Below the pieces are notes generated by a model, which saw only the letters and a list, made by a program, of their open reading frames with translations, made no database searches and was not told where the DNA came from. The position numbers and the translations under genes are program-made. DNA of 64,000 nucleotides from Acidobacteriota bacterium (lineage in GTDB: Bacteria; Acidobacteriota; UBA890; WLXD01), in NCBI GenBank assembly GCA_965248695.1, contig CBDFKD010000002.1, positions 4,640,001 through 4,704,000 on the forward strand, read 5' to 3'. Position 1 is the first letter of the stretch. Each line of letters starts with the position of its first letter. This document shows positions 39,888-50,820 of the stretch, piece after piece.

Positions 39888-40679
39888 TCAGCGCCCTTTC
39901 CACACCGGATCGCGCTTCTCCGCAAACGCCTTTGCACCCTCGAGCTGATCCTCGCTGGCATACAGGGCGTCGATGGTTCGGAACTGGCGCCGGGTGATGC
40001 GGTTCATGGCGTCCTGGAACTTCATGTCCTCGGCGTCGCGCACGACCTCTTTGATGGCGGCGTACACCAGCGGTGGACCGGACTCGAGAAGCCGGGCAAC
40101 TTCCCAGGCACGGGCCATGAGCTCGTCCGCCGGCACGATCTCGTTGATCAGGCCCCAGCGGTGGGCTTCCTCGGCATCGAGCCAGCGGCCGGTGAACAGC
40201 ATCTCCATGGCGACGTGGTAGGGGATGCGCTTCGGCAGCTTGATGGAGGCGGCGTCGGCGACGGTGCCTGAGCGGATCTCCGGCAGCGCGAAGGACGCGT
40301 GCTCGGCGGCGATGATGATGTCGGCGGAGATCGCCAGCTCGAGACCGCCACCGCAGCAGATGCCGTTCACCGCGCTGATGACCGGCTTGTTGAGGTCGCG
40401 CAGCTCTTGGATGCCGCCGAACCCCCCGACACCATAGTCGCTGTCGACCGCGTCGCCGTCGGCTGCCGCCTTGAGGTCCCAGCCGGCGCAGAAGAACTTC
40501 TCCCCGCCGCCGGTGACGATGGCGACCCTCAGCTCGGGGTCATCGCGGAAGTCGGCGAAGATCTCGCCCATCGCCCGACTCGTTGCCAAGTCGATGGCGT
40601 TCGCCTTCGGACGATCCAGAGTTACTTGGAGGACCGCGCCGTCGCGGCGGGTATGAACCGAGTTGTCAGCTTGACTCAC
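39888..40679 (-). CDS. caiD: Carnitinyl-CoA dehydratase (crotonase family)
   Basis: LDRPKANAID, FFCAGWDLKAAA, DYGVGGFGG, LPKRIPY, SEDQLEG..AFAEKRDPVWKGR; AGGAG RBS. Confidence 0.9.
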   Translation of the reverse strand: MSQADNSVHTRRDGAVLQVTLDRPKANAIDLATSRAMGEIFADFRDDPELRVAIVTGGGEKFFCAGWDLKAAADGDAVDSDYGVGGFGGIQELRDLNKPVISAVNGICCGGGLELAISADIIIAAEHASFALPEIRSGTVADAASIKLPKRIPYHVAMEMLFTGRWLDAEEAHRWGLINEIVPADELMARAWEVARLLESGPPLVYAAIKEVVRDAEDMKFQDAMNRITRRQFRTIDALYASEDQLEGAKAFAEKRDPVWKGR

Positions 40680-40769
40680 CTGTGGCTCCTGCCCTGTTTG
40701 CACGCGCCTGGTCCGCAAGTGGAGGCGCAACGTCGCTCAGCCTACCGCGACACGAGCTAGGCAGGTGCT

Positions 40770-42137
40770 CTAGGCGGCGGTTCGTCGAAGCGACGCCCGC
40801 ACCCGCGCGATGAATCGAGCCGGATCCGTGGTCTTGCGTAGGTAGTCGTCCGCCCCTTGCTCGATGAGCCTTGCTTCCTGGTCCGCGTCGGACGACCCGG
40901 TCAGGACGACGACCGGCAGCGATGCAGCGATGGCGCTCTGTCGGACCTGGTGGAGCAACGAGCGGCCGCTCATCTCGGGCATGTCCAGGTCGGTGATCAG
41001 CAGGTCGAATGACGACGCCTGTGTTTCGAGCATACGGATCGCCTCGAACCCGTCGTGGGCCGGCACCACCTCGTACCCTGCCTCTTCCAGGATGGCGGTG
41101 ATCACCGTCCGTTGCACACCGTCATCTTCGGCCAGCAGAATTCGCTGCGGGCAGTCGGTAGCGGGCCGGTCGAGAGGCGCCTGAGGCGGATCTGACGCTC
41201 CCGTTGCCACGACCTTGGCGACCGGCTCTTGCCTGGACTCCGGCGTCGGCGGCATCGCCTCACCTGCGGCCTCGGTCGCTGCGGCACTACGGCTGTCCTC
41301 GCCCAGCACGTTGTCCATCTCTTCGAGCGTCGTTTGCCCGCGGTCGACGCGCTCCATGGCTGCAGCACGAATCCACCGCGTACCCTGCGCCTCGGCCTGG
41401 CGGTACAATCGCTGCGGCGAGGCGCCGTCGATGATCATCTCCTGCAGTGCGGGGGTCATCACCAGCACTTCGTTCACCGGTGCGCGCCCCCGGAACCCGG
41501 TCCCCCCACAGTGCTCGCACTCTTCGTCATCGAGGCTCGACTGCTCCGGCTCCGCGGTCACGTCGGTTGGTTGGACGCCGTTGCACTCAGGGCACACGCG
41601 GCGCACGAGTCTTTGCGCCACGACACCACGCAGGCTCTCGGCGATCGCCGAGCGCTCGAGACCCAGGTCGGTCAGCCGCCGGATCGCACCGACGGCGTCG
41701 TTGGTGTGCAGTGTGGACAATACGAGATGGCCCGTCAGACTGGCCTGAACGGCAATCTCGGCGGTCTCCAAATCGCGGATCTCGCCGACGAGCACAATGT
41801 CGGGATCCTGCCGCAGAATGGCCCGTAAAGAGGTGGCAAAAGTAACGCCCTGAGCCGGTGCCACTTGAATTTGAGTAAGCCCCGACATTTCGTACTCGAC
41901 CGGATCCTCGACGGTCATGATGTTGACCTTCTCCGTAGCGAGTCGACGCAGTGCCGCGTAGAGCGTCGTTGTCTTCCCGGACCCCGTAGGGCCGGTGACG
42001 AAGACGATGCCCTCGCGATGGTTGAGCAGTTTCTCGAAGGCCGCCGCCTCCTGCTCGAGCATGTCGATGCCGTCGAGACTGGGGGTCGAGGAGGGGTCGA
42101 GAATCCGCAAGACGGCCTTTTCGGTACCGCTGATCCG
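40770..42137 (-). pseudogene. N-terminally truncated GspE/PilB-type ATPase fused to a C-terminal receiver domain
   Basis: EKAVLRILD, GPTGSGKT, EDPVEY, VGEIRD, GHLVLSTLHTN, two CxxC, then ILLAEDD...DLDMP REC; in-frame stop at 42138-42140 just upstream. Confidence 0.75.
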
Positions 42138-42547
42138 CTAGAGCGTGCGCGCGGGCGAATCGAGGCGGACACGGCGCTGGCGGAGGTGCGCCGACGTGAC
42201 CTCACGTTCGACCTGACGCAAACCCGACTGACTGAGGGTGGCGGCGATATTCGCCGCCACCGCTATCGAGCGTCGACGATCCTTAACGGCGCTTCCGGGC
42301 TTATTATCTCGGTGATCTGAGCCCGCAGTACAGGGCACGCGTGTGCTCAAGCGGTTGCTCTGACCGCCGTCAAGGCGATTCCAATGAAGAGCCAGCTTAC
42401 TCTCGCCCGAACACGAACGGGCAGACCGAAGTTGACCAGAGACGACAAGTGGGGTTCCTTGACCGCGCTAGTGCCCGAATAGAGGACCAACCCGCGGGCG
42501 TGTGCCGAGTACAAGCGCGGCAGCGACAACAGAACCGGAGACGCTTG

Positions 42548-44341
42548 ATGGGCGATTCAAGGCGAACGCGGCGGGCCGCGTGTGTCGCGGTGCTTGTCGT
42601 CGTTTTCGCGGGGGCTTCACCAGCGTCGGATGAACCGCCCACACAGACTCTCGATGTGCTGATTCGGGATGGGCAGGTGCTCGACGGGACCGGCAACCCC
42701 GCGGTTCGCGCCGATATCGGAATCCGCGGCGATCGCATCGTGGCGATCGGCAAGCTCGGGACCGTCAGCGCTCGGCGCACCATCGAAGCCACCGGGCTGC
42801 ACGTTGTTCCCGGCTTCATCGACATGCACTCGCACGCCGACCGCGGCCTCGCCGGCGACGACCCCGAAGAGCGCAAGGCCCACCATCTGGTGTTTCAGGG
42901 AATCACGACGGCCGTCGTCGGTCCCGACGGCCGCAACCACATCTGGCCGATCGCCGACGAGATCGCCGCGTACCGCTCGCCCGGCACTGCGCTCAACGTC
43001 GTTCCGATGGTGGGTCACTCGACGGTGCGCGAGCAGGTGATGGGCGATGACTACGAACGCCCTGCCGCCGCGGCCGAGATCGAACAGATGCGAGCCCTGG
43101 TGCGCGAGGGGATGGTGGCCGGGGCCTGGGGCCTGGGCGCCGGGCCGGAGTACCGCCCCGGACGATTCGCCACCACCGAGGAGCTTATCGCGCTGGCGCA
43201 TGTGGTCGCCGAGTACGACGGCTTCTACTATGCGCACCAGCGCAGCCAGGGTGCCGTTCCGATGTGGCAGACGCCCAGCATGGTGGACGGCTGGCGGCTC
43301 ACCGGATTCGAAGGCCTTTCGGAGACGATTCGCATCGGCCGCGAGACGGGAATCCGGGTCGTAGGCAGCCACATCAAGGCCAGCGGCCGGCAGCGGTGGG
43401 GGGCCTCTTCCATCGACATCCTGCTGATCGAGCGGGCGCGCGCCGAGGGCGTGCAGGTGTACCTCGACCAGTACCCGTACTTGACCTTCGGCTGCTGTGC
43501 CACCTCGGTCCTCCCTCGCTGGGCTTACGCGCCACCGGATGTGGATCACAGCGGTGGTCTCGATGATGCGGCGTGGGATCGTCCCGAGTTTCTTGAAAAC
43601 CACGAGGAAAACCTGCGCGCCCATCTCGCCGATCCCGAGTCGCGCGCCACGCTATTGGCCGACACCGAGCACCTGCTGGAGACCCAAGGCGGAGCCGATC
43701 GGCAGATCATCGTGCTGGCACCACCCGACGATGCCCACGTCGGCAAGACGCTGGCGAAAGTTGCCCAGGAGCTCGGACGTACGCCCATCGAGCAGTTGCT
43801 CGCCTTCGCGCTCGAGCAGGGTACCCCGGAGTTGCCGTCCGGGGTGTTGGTCCGACCCGTTGGCGGACACGCCTTCGATGTCGACAACTACATGGTTCAG
43901 GACTACACCGCGACGACCACCGATGCCAGCATCCAGATGGGGCGCGATCCCGGACGGCACCCGCGGTACTACGGAACCTACCCACGCAAGCTCGGCCACT
44001 ACGCCCGTGAGCGTGGGCTCATCAGCCTGCCGTTCGCGGTGCGTTCGTCGACCAGTCTGCCGGCACAGATCGTCGGGCTCTCCGACCGGGGCGTGCTACG
44101 CGTCGGTGGGGCGGCCGACCTGGTGGTCTTCGACTACGACACGATCATCGATCACTCCACGATTCTGGAGCCGCACCGCTATCCGACCGGCATGCACTAC
44201 GTCATGGTCAACGGGCAGCTCGCCCTCGATGCCGGGCAGCTCACCGGCGTCCTTGCCGGCCAGGTGCTGGAGCGGACCTCGGCGCGCCGCGAAGACATCT
44301 CGAGAGGGGACGTAGGAGGGAGCCGGAGCAAGGGTCAATGA
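42548..44341 (+). CDS. N-acyl-D-amino-acid deacylase family amidohydrolase
   Basis: Signal peptide; VLDGTG, PGFIDMHSH, DQYPY, HPRYYGTYPR, DRGVL, ADLVVFD. Confidence 0.9.
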   Translation: MGDSRRTRRAACVAVLVVVFAGASPASDEPPTQTLDVLIRDGQVLDGTGNPAVRADIGIRGDRIVAIGKLGTVSARRTIEATGLHVVPGFIDMHSHADRGLAGDDPEERKAHHLVFQGITTAVVGPDGRNHIWPIADEIAAYRSPGTALNVVPMVGHSTVREQVMGDDYERPAAAAEIEQMRALVREGMVAGAWGLGAGPEYRPGRFATTEELIALAHVVAEYDGFYYAHQRSQGAVPMWQTPSMVDGWRLTGFEGLSETIRIGRETGIRVVGSHIKASGRQRWGASSIDILLIERARAEGVQVYLDQYPYLTFGCCATSVLPRWAYAPPDVDHSGGLDDAAWDRPEFLENHEENLRAHLADPESRATLLADTEHLLETQGGADRQIIVLAPPDDAHVGKTLAKVAQELGRTPIEQLLAFALEQGTPELPSGVLVRPVGGHAFDVDNYMVQDYTATTTDASIQMGRDPGRHPRYYGTYPRKLGHYARERGLISLPFAVRSSTSLPAQIVGLSDRGVLRVGGAADLVVFDYDTIIDHSTILEPHRYPTGMHYVMVNGQLALDAGQLTGVLAGQVLERTSARREDISRGDVGGSRSKGQ

Positions 44342-44559
44342 AGTCACGGAGAAGGCGCGAGCAGGTCCGCGGCTGACGGCGCCCGCGCTCGTACCGGCCG
44401 ATCGTTGGGGTACGCGTTCCGGAATGCAGTTGACCGACCGGTAGAATTCTCCTCTTAACAACTGCCTTGGTTCTCCTCGTCTTACGTCTTCGGTTGACCC
44501 AGCCAAGTTGACGACCGATTCCAACGGATCCCTCTATTCGCTTTCTTGCCTGAGGACGC

Positions 44560-44868
44560 CTATACCTCGATTTCGATGATGTCCCCTGTGACTCGAACGG
44601 TGTAGTTGGTGACACCCTCGGTGGCCGGTGGTCCGGTGACCTCCCCGGACTTGATGTTGAAGTGGGCGCCGTGCCAAGGGCATTCGACTTTCTCGCCGTG
44701 GACAGAGCCTTCGCTGAGTGGCCCGCCATGATGCGTGCACGTGTCATCAATGGCGTAGAATTCGCCACCAAGGTTGAAAATGGCGATGGGCTTACCGTTG
44801 ACTTCGACGCACGTGGCAGATTGGTCGGCGATCTCCGATGTTTTGGCTACTTTGACAAACTTCGGCAT
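44560..44868 (-). CDS. Rieske [2Fe-2S] ferredoxin
   Basis: CTH...CPWHG motifs; GGAG RBS. Confidence 0.93.
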   Translation of the reverse strand: MPKFVKVAKTSEIADQSATCVEVNGKPIAIFNLGGEFYAIDDTCTHHGGPLSEGSVHGEKVECPWHGAHFNIKSGEVTGPPATEGVTNYTVRVTGDIIEIEV

Positions 44869-44999
44869 GTCGGCTCCTTTCCGCGAAAGTGAGATATCAG
44901 TCTAGTAGACACGCTACCTGCAATCTGGTGTGGACCCGTCACTCGGCTCGGATGGAAGAGCGCAATCGAGGAGCCGTCCCTTCTTTCGGAGTTGACCGT

Positions 45000-45113
45000 T
45001 TAGCCCCTCACCGGTGAGCAGTGTCCGGTCTTGATAAGCTCCAAAGAAGGCAGGATACAGCGGGCCTCAGGGAATCGGCTCGTGACCGATTCGGGCAATC
45101 AGGCGTTGTCCAT
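45000..45113 (-). pseudogene. Possible decayed start of nuoC
   Basis: ATG 3 bp after nuoB stop reads MDNA*LPESVTSRFPEA; assigned by position only, lower bound approximate. Confidence 0.3.
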
Positions 45114-45115
45114 GG

Positions 45116-45637
45116 TCAGAAGATATTCGGGCGAGATTCCGGCGCGGCTCGTTTGCCAGTTGTGTGCTGGGCCTGGATCTTGTCCTGTAGCTTCATCAGG
45201 CCGTCCAAGACCATCTCCGGTCGCGGTGGGCATCCCGGTATGTAGACATCCACCGGCATGATGGTGTCTATACCCATTACGGTGGCGTAGTTGTCGTAGA
45301 AACCGCCGGTGCAGGTGCAGACTCCGAAGGCGACTACCCAATTGGGATCGGCCATCTGGTCGTGGATGCGCTTCAGCACTGGCGCCAACTTGTGACTGAT
45401 GGTGCCAACGACGAAGAGCACGTCGGCCTGGCGAGGGGAGAATCGCGGCAGCCCAGCGCCGAACCGGTCCACATCGTAGTGGGCGCAGGCGGTGGCCATG
45501 TATTCCATGCCGCAACACGCTGTCACGAACGGGTATTGGAAGATCGAGTACTTCCGGGCCCATCCGATGGCTTCGTCGATGCGGCTGGTGAAAAACCCCT
45601 GGTTTTCCGGGCCGAAGTAAGTCGGGTCATTCTGCAT
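45116..45637 (-). CDS. nuoB: NADH-quinone oxidoreductase subunit B
   Basis: TACCGMEY, SPRQAD, GVCTCTGG, PVDVYIPGCPPRPE. Confidence 0.95.
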   Translation of the reverse strand: MQNDPTYFGPENQGFFTSRIDEAIGWARKYSIFQYPFVTACCGMEYMATACAHYDVDRFGAGLPRFSPRQADVLFVVGTISHKLAPVLKRIHDQMADPNWVVAFGVCTCTGGFYDNYATVMGIDTIMPVDVYIPGCPPRPEMVLDGLMKLQDKIQAQHTTGKRAAPESRPNIF

Positions 45638-45638
45638 G

Positions 45639-45880
45639 TTACTTCCAGTCTGCGGTGTCGTTGTCTCCGCGCGTAACCGTAGCCGAACATCGAGCAAGAT
45701 CCCCCATCTCTACCAGGCCGAGGGGGCCCAGCGTACGGAGATCACGGGCCCACGGGTAACGGAAGACAAGCTCGACGTCGAACAGGATGAACAGGATCGC
45801 GGTCAGGTAGAGATTAACAGCCAGCTTCCCAATGGGTAGGAGAATGGCTTCTCCTCCGGCGCGCTTCGGCTCCAGAATCG
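45639..45880 (-). pseudogene. nuoA: Degenerate NADH-quinone oxidoreductase subunit A
   Basis: YLTAILFILFDVELVFRYPWA...LGLVEMG and terminal DWK*; no start or first TM; C-terminal GYxY segment in another frame. Confidence 0.8.
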
Positions 45881-45955
45881 GTTTGAAACAGTCGCTCAGG
45901 GCACGCTGGTTAAGCGGCGGGAGCGGCTATCGGTGATTGCGGTGACCGTGGCCGC

Positions 45956-47263
45956 TCATCGAGCTCGTCTGGACACTCCAGCACTCCATTCCTTCCACCG
46001 CGACCACCGCTTTCTACTTGATGACGACGGTTTGGTCGAAACGTCGCCACCGCCCTTCAACTCCATCACCGCATCGAGCACGTTCTGCGCCACGGCTCTG
46101 AAGATCTTGGTGACTTCGCTGTCGGGGTGCTCGACAACGTAGGGTGTGCCTGCATCGCCCGCAATGGCAATCTGCGGATCGAGCGGCAGCGCGCCCAGGA
46201 ACGGCACGCCGAGCTCCTCTGCCGTTCGCCGCCCGCCATCGGTGCTGAACACGTGCGTGCGATGCCCGCACTCCGGGCACGTGAAGACCGACATGTTCTC
46301 CACCAGCCCGAGCACCGGCACATCGACTTCCTGGAACATGCGGAGCCCTTTGCGGGCGTCGATCAACGCCACATCCTGCGGCGTGGTGACAATCACGGCG
46401 CCATCGAGTGGCGCCGATTGAGTCAACGTGAGCTGCACGTCGCCGGTGCCCGGAGGCAGGTCGATTACCAGCACCTCAGCGCCGTGCCAATCGACGTCGC
46501 GGAGGAACTGCCGTACCGCCTTCGTCACGATTGGCCCGCGCCAGATCACCGGATCGCCTTCGGGCTGCAGAAAACCGAGCGACATGAGCTTCATACCGAA
46601 CTTGTCGACCGGCACCATCACCCGCTTGCCGTCGAGATCGATGATCTTCGGCTGCTCATGGGTGCCCAGCATGGTGGGTACCGAGGGACCGTAAATATCT
46701 GCATCCATCAGGCCGACGTGCTGGCCAAGCTGCGCCAGGGCGGCCGAGAGATTCACCGCCACGGTCGACTTCCCCACGCCTCCCTTTCCCGAGGCCACCG
46801 CCACCACATACTTCACCCCACCGAGGGGGGTGCGGTCGTACAGCGCCGCCGGTCGACCGGCGGCCGCAGGCCCGGTACCAGGCGCCGGCGGTCCGCCGGT
46901 CGTAGAACCAGCTCGGGGGCCGGCCGCATCGCCGAGGCCGGAAATGGTCGCACCGCCCGGTGACTGGCCTGGCTGGGTCACCGGAGCACCCTTTGACTCG
47001 GGGGCCGAGATTTCGAGGCTGACGCTGTCGACCCCGTCCAGCGCCATCAACGTATCGCGCGATGCGCGGGCGATCTGCTGCTGATGTTCCGGCGAGCCGA
47101 TCGGGATATCGAGACGGACGGTCACCCCGCCACCGTCGATTCGCACTGCCCCGACAAAGCCGAACGACACGATGTCGCGCGACAGCCCTGGAAACTTCAC
47201 GGAAGTCAGAGCTTCACGAATACGCTCTTCGTTGATGGCCAATGGCCAGGGCTCCTCGTCCAT
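45956..47263 (-). CDS. mrp: Mrp/ApbC/NBP35 Fe-S cluster carrier ATPase
   Basis: N-terminal FeS-assembly domain; [40 protein letters not shown]. Confidence 0.93.
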   Translation of the reverse strand: MDEEPWPLAINEERIREALTSVKFPGLSRDIVSFGFVGAVRIDGGGVTVRLDIPIGSPEHQQQIARASRDTLMALDGVDSVSLEISAPESKGAPVTQPGQSPGGATISGLGDAAGPRAGSTTGGPPAPGTGPAAAGRPAALYDRTPLGGVKYVVAVASGKGGVGKSTVAVNLSAALAQLGQHVGLMDADIYGPSVPTMLGTHEQPKIIDLDGKRVMVPVDKFGMKLMSLGFLQPEGDPVIWRGPIVTKAVRQFLRDVDWHGAEVLVIDLPPGTGDVQLTLTQSAPLDGAVIVTTPQDVALIDARKGLRMFQEVDVPVLGLVENMSVFTCPECGHRTHVFSTDGGRRTAEELGVPFLGALPLDPQIAIAGDAGTPYVVEHPDSEVTKIFRAVAQNVLDAVMELKGGGDVSTKPSSSSRKRWSRWKEWSAGVSRRAR

Positions 47264-47534
47264 CCAGTCGATGCCAATCTATCTCCCGCCCAGCGGTCCG
47301 ACGGTCTCACGCCGAGCGCGGAAACTCTCAAACGAAGATAGCGCGATCCCCCGGTTCCGGCACACCACCGGCCTCGATTATTCAAGCCAAGGGACAGAAA
47401 CCAGGTGTCATACGATAGCCACATGGATCTTTTTGGGGAGTCTCTTTGGCGTCGGGATGCTACCGCTGAAGGAATTGTTTCAGTTTGCCGTCGACAATAG
47501 GGTGGCCATCTACGAGGCAAATGGCAGATCAGCG

Positions 47535-48566
47535 ATGAAGGTAGCCTCCAGCGGCCGGACTCTTGGCATGCGCGATCGGTTGGACAGGCCGATGCGCGAC
47601 CTGCGAATCTCGATCACCGACCGCTGCAACTTCCGCTGTCGCTATTGCATGCCCAGGGAGGTCTTCGGCGAGGGCTACCAGTTCCTGCCGCGCGAGGAGA
47701 TCCTCAGCTTCGAGGAGATCACTCGCCTGGTCCACATCTTCCGCGGACTAGGCGTCCGCAAGGTGCGCCTCACGGGCGGGGAGCCACTTCTGCGCAGCGA
47801 GCTGCCAAAGCTCATTGGCATGCTGGCTGAGATCCCTGGCCTGGAGATCGCCATGACCACAAACGGTTCGCTGCTAGCGCAGCAGGCGCAGGCGCTGGCA
47901 GAGGCCGGGCCTGTGCGCCTCACGGTGAGCATCGACTCGCTGGACGAAGCCGTTTTCCAAGCGATGAACGACGCAGACTTCCCTGTCTCGCGCGTGCTAG
48001 AGGGCATCGAGGTGGCCACCGCCGCGGGGCTGGGACCGCTAAAGGTCAACGCGGTCGTACGCCGCGGAGTCAACGACCACACGGTGGTGGGACTGGCGCG
48101 GTACTTCCAGGGCAGCGGCCACATCCTGAGGTTCATCGAGTACATGGATGTTGGCAGCACCAACGGCTGGCGCATGGAGGAGGTGGTTCCCGGCGCCGAG
48201 ATCATCGAGCGCATCAGCGCCGAGATGCCCCTGGAGCCGCTGGATCCGAATTACCGTGGCGAGGTAGCGAAGCGGTGGCGGTACGCTGACGGAGACGGCG
48301 AGATCGGCGTGATCACCTCCGTGACGCAGCCGTTCTGTGTTGATTGCACGCGCGCCCGGCTGTCAGCGGCGGGCGAACTCTACACTTGCCTATTCGCTGC
48401 TGCCGGCACCGACCTTCGAACTCCGTTGCGGGACGGAACCGACGAGGAGGAGATCGGCGAACGGCTGCGCCGGCTATGGGGTGTACGCGAAGACCGATAC
48501 TCAGAGATGCGTTCCGAGGAGACGAGGGATCTTCAGCGGATCGAAATGTCCTATATCGGCGGGTAG
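47535..48566 (+). CDS. moaA: GTP 3',8-cyclase (molybdenum cofactor biosynthesis)
   Basis: [39 protein letters not shown]...C, MSYIGG C-terminus. Confidence 0.96.
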   Translation: MKVASSGRTLGMRDRLDRPMRDLRISITDRCNFRCRYCMPREVFGEGYQFLPREEILSFEEITRLVHIFRGLGVRKVRLTGGEPLLRSELPKLIGMLAEIPGLEIAMTTNGSLLAQQAQALAEAGPVRLTVSIDSLDEAVFQAMNDADFPVSRVLEGIEVATAAGLGPLKVNAVVRRGVNDHTVVGLARYFQGSGHILRFIEYMDVGSTNGWRMEEVVPGAEIIERISAEMPLEPLDPNYRGEVAKRWRYADGDGEIGVITSVTQPFCVDCTRARLSAAGELYTCLFAAAGTDLRTPLRDGTDEEEIGERLRRLWGVREDRYSEMRSEETRDLQRIEMSYIGG

Positions 48567-48633
48567 TGGTCATGGGACCCATGATTACGGTGCGCTCAGC
48601 TCGCCCGCTCTGCCGATAGGCTTCAGGTGCCGA

Positions 48634-50322
48634 TCACTCCAGTTCGAGATCGGTAACAGCGCCGCGATCGGCGCTGGAAACCAGCCGCGCGTACTTGGCG
48701 AGAACGCCGCGCGAATAACGGGGAGCCGGTGGCTCCCAGGCGGCGCGGCGGCGCCGGAGCTCCTCCTCGTCGACCTCCAGTCGGAGCGTCCGCGCCGGCG
48801 CATCGATCGTGACCGTGTCGCCCTCGTGCACCAGCGCGATCGGCCCACCGACGGCTGCCTCCGGCACGACGTGGCCCACCACCATGCCATAGGTGCCACC
48901 GCTGAAGCGTCCGTCCGTGATGAGCCCGACCGAATCTCCGAGCGCGGCACCGACGAGGGCGCTCGTTGGAGCCAGCATCTCGCGCATGCCGGGTCCACCG
49001 CGGGGACCTTCGTAGCGAATCACGACGACGTCGCCGCCGCGGATCTCGCCGGCGAGGATCGCGCTCAAGCTGTCCTCCTCGCAATCGAACACCCGGGCCG
49101 GACCCGATATGCGCGGGTTCTTGACGCCCGTGAGCTTCGCCACGCTTCCGCCCGGCGCCAGGTTGCCACGAAGGATCGCGAGGTGGCCGGTCGGGTAGAG
49201 GGGCTGGCCCCACGGTCGGATCACGTCCTGGTCGGAGGGTGGCACCGGCGGGACCTCTGCCAGGCTCTCGGCGATGGTCGCACCCGTCACCGTGCGGCAG
49301 TCTCCATCGAGGACACCGTGCTCGAGCAACACCTTCATGACCTGAGGCACCCCACCGGCGCGATGGAAATCGACCGTCACGTAGCGACCACTGGGCTTCA
49401 GGTCGCACAGGACGGGCACCCGAGCACCGACTAACTCGAAGTCGTCGAGGCCGAGCTCCACGCCCGTCGCATGGGCAATGGCGGGCAGGTGCAGCACCGC
49501 GTTCGTCGAACCCCCGACCGCCATAGTGACGGCGACGGCGTTCAGGAGCGCCTGGCGCGTCACGATGTCTCGCGGCAGCCGATCGGCTGCGATGCAGTCG
49601 GCGAGGACGCGCGCCGACTCGGCCGCGCTCTCGGCCTTCTCCGCGTCCTCCGCGGCCATGGTGGACGAGTACGGGAGGCTCATCCCCATCGCCTCGATCG
49701 CGCTCGACATGGTGTTGGCTGTGAACATCCCACCACACGAGCCTGCGCCGGGGCAGGCGTTGCGCTCGATCGACGCGAGTTCCTCGTCCGTGATTCTGCC
49801 GGCGGCGTGCTCTCCGACCGCCTCGAACGCGCTCACCACCGTCAGGTCGTGACCTGCGTGGCGACCTGGCTTGATGGTGCCTCCGTAGACGAACACCGCG
49901 GGAATGTTCAGGCGCCCGATGGCCATCATGGCGCCGGGCATATTCTTGTCACACCCGCCCAGGGTGAGAACGCCGTCGAAGCTCTGGCCGTTGCATACGG
50001 TCTCGATGGAATCGGCGATGACCTCGCGCGAAACCAGCGAGTACTTCATCCCCTCGGTGCCCATCGAGATGCCGTCGGCCACGGTGATCGTCCCGAACTC
50101 GAGAGCGCGAGCGCCCGCCTCGTGTAGCGCGCAGCGAGCGCGCTCCGAGAGCGCGCCGAGACCTACGTTGCACGGTGTCAGGTTCGAGTGGGCGTTAGCG
50201 ATACCGACGATGGGCTTGTCGAAGTCCTCGTCCCCGAATCCGACCGCACGGAGCATCGCCCGGTTGGGAGCGCGCTGCACTCCTTCCGTCACGGCACTGC
50301 TACGTCGTTTCCTCAATGTCAC
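48634..50322 (-). CDS. ilvD: Dihydroxy-acid dehydratase
   Basis: [48 protein letters not shown]. Confidence 0.96.
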   Translation of the reverse strand: MTLRKRRSSAVTEGVQRAPNRAMLRAVGFGDEDFDKPIVGIANAHSNLTPCNVGLGALSERARCALHEAGARALEFGTITVADGISMGTEGMKYSLVSREVIADSIETVCNGQSFDGVLTLGGCDKNMPGAMMAIGRLNIPAVFVYGGTIKPGRHAGHDLTVVSAFEAVGEHAAGRITDEELASIERNACPGAGSCGGMFTANTMSSAIEAMGMSLPYSSTMAAEDAEKAESAAESARVLADCIAADRLPRDIVTRQALLNAVAVTMAVGGSTNAVLHLPAIAHATGVELGLDDFELVGARVPVLCDLKPSGRYVTVDFHRAGGVPQVMKVLLEHGVLDGDCRTVTGATIAESLAEVPPVPPSDQDVIRPWGQPLYPTGHLAILRGNLAPGGSVAKLTGVKNPRISGPARVFDCEEDSLSAILAGEIRGGDVVVIRYEGPRGGPGMREMLAPTSALVGAALGDSVGLITDGRFSGGTYGMVVGHVVPEAAVGGPIALVHEGDTVTIDAPARTLRLEVDEEELRRRRAAWEPPAPRYSRGVLAKYARLVSSADRGAVTDLELE

Positions 50323-50489
50323 CTCAGCTTAAGCTGAAAAAGTCGTTTGTGCGCCACAGGCGATCGGTGCCGGCGATGACGACGCGAAGCGCGACGGCCT
50401 TCCTGGGGCGGCTCAGGGGCGTCGGCTCACGAAGCCAGGGTTAATCTGAAGGTTCAAACACCCTCGTTCTGTCAGCTCACGACCGCAGC

Positions 50490-50532
50490 CTCATAACCCG
50501 AAGGTCGCAGGTTCAAATCCTGCCCCCGCTAC
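50490..50532 (+). pseudogene. 3' half of tRNA-fMet(CAT) (att-site-like remnant)
   Basis: CTCATAACCCGAAGGTCGCAGGTTCAAATCCTGCCCCCGCTAC; upstream sequence lacks the CGCGGGG acceptor strand and D-arm. Confidence 0.8.
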
Positions 50533-50535
50533 TCT

Positions 50536-50590
50536 AGAAAGCCCCGGTGGCGCAGCTATTTATTCCCCGTGCTCGTCACCGGGGCTTTCT
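50536..50590. terminator. Inverted repeat, possible bidirectional terminator
   Basis: AGAAAGCCCCGGTG (50536-50549) / CACCGGGGCTTTCT (50577-50590), 14-bp perfect. Confidence 0.55.
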
Positions 50591-50698
50591 GCGTCTGTGG
50601 GCTCCGGTTGCTCCCCGGGTGCTCAGGGTGTTCAACGCACGACGGGTTCAGGCATCTAGGTACCCTCGCCCCACCCCGATGCGGTAGCTTCACCGCCT

Positions 50699-50740
50699 CG
50701 GGACGTGGCGCAGCCCGGTAACGCACCTGAATGGGGTTCA
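50699..50740 (+). pseudogene. 5' half of tRNA-Pro(GGG)
   Basis: CGGGACGTGGCGCAGCCCGGTAACGCACCTGAATGGGGTTCA, then no T-arm or 3' acceptor strand. Confidence 0.8.
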
Positions 50741-50788
50741 CCGAGCAAGGGACCAGAGCAATCGTCCTTCGAGCCGGTCAGTGACGAA
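50741..50788 (+). repeat. 48-bp direct repeat of 52360-52407
   Basis: 45/48 identical to a coding segment of the downstream PQQ dehydrogenase gene. Confidence 0.85.
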
Positions 50789-50820
50789 TGACAACCAGAC
50801 GCGGATCTCGACGGATCTCA

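Noticed and set aside
45956-46050. Possible frameshift in the mrp C-terminus (alternative ending FDQTVVIK*)
   Set aside because: Mrp tails are variable, so this cannot be distinguished from a genuine extension without homologs or reads.
47264-47534. Moco riboswitch upstream of moaA
   Set aside because: No recognisable conserved structure by eye; would need an Rfam scan.
50490-50740. Permuted or split tRNA formed from the adjacent 3' half and 5' half
   Set aside because: The halves are different isotypes (Met CAT versus Pro GGG), each has its own anticodon loop, and their acceptor strands (CGGGACG versus CCCCGCT) are not complementary.
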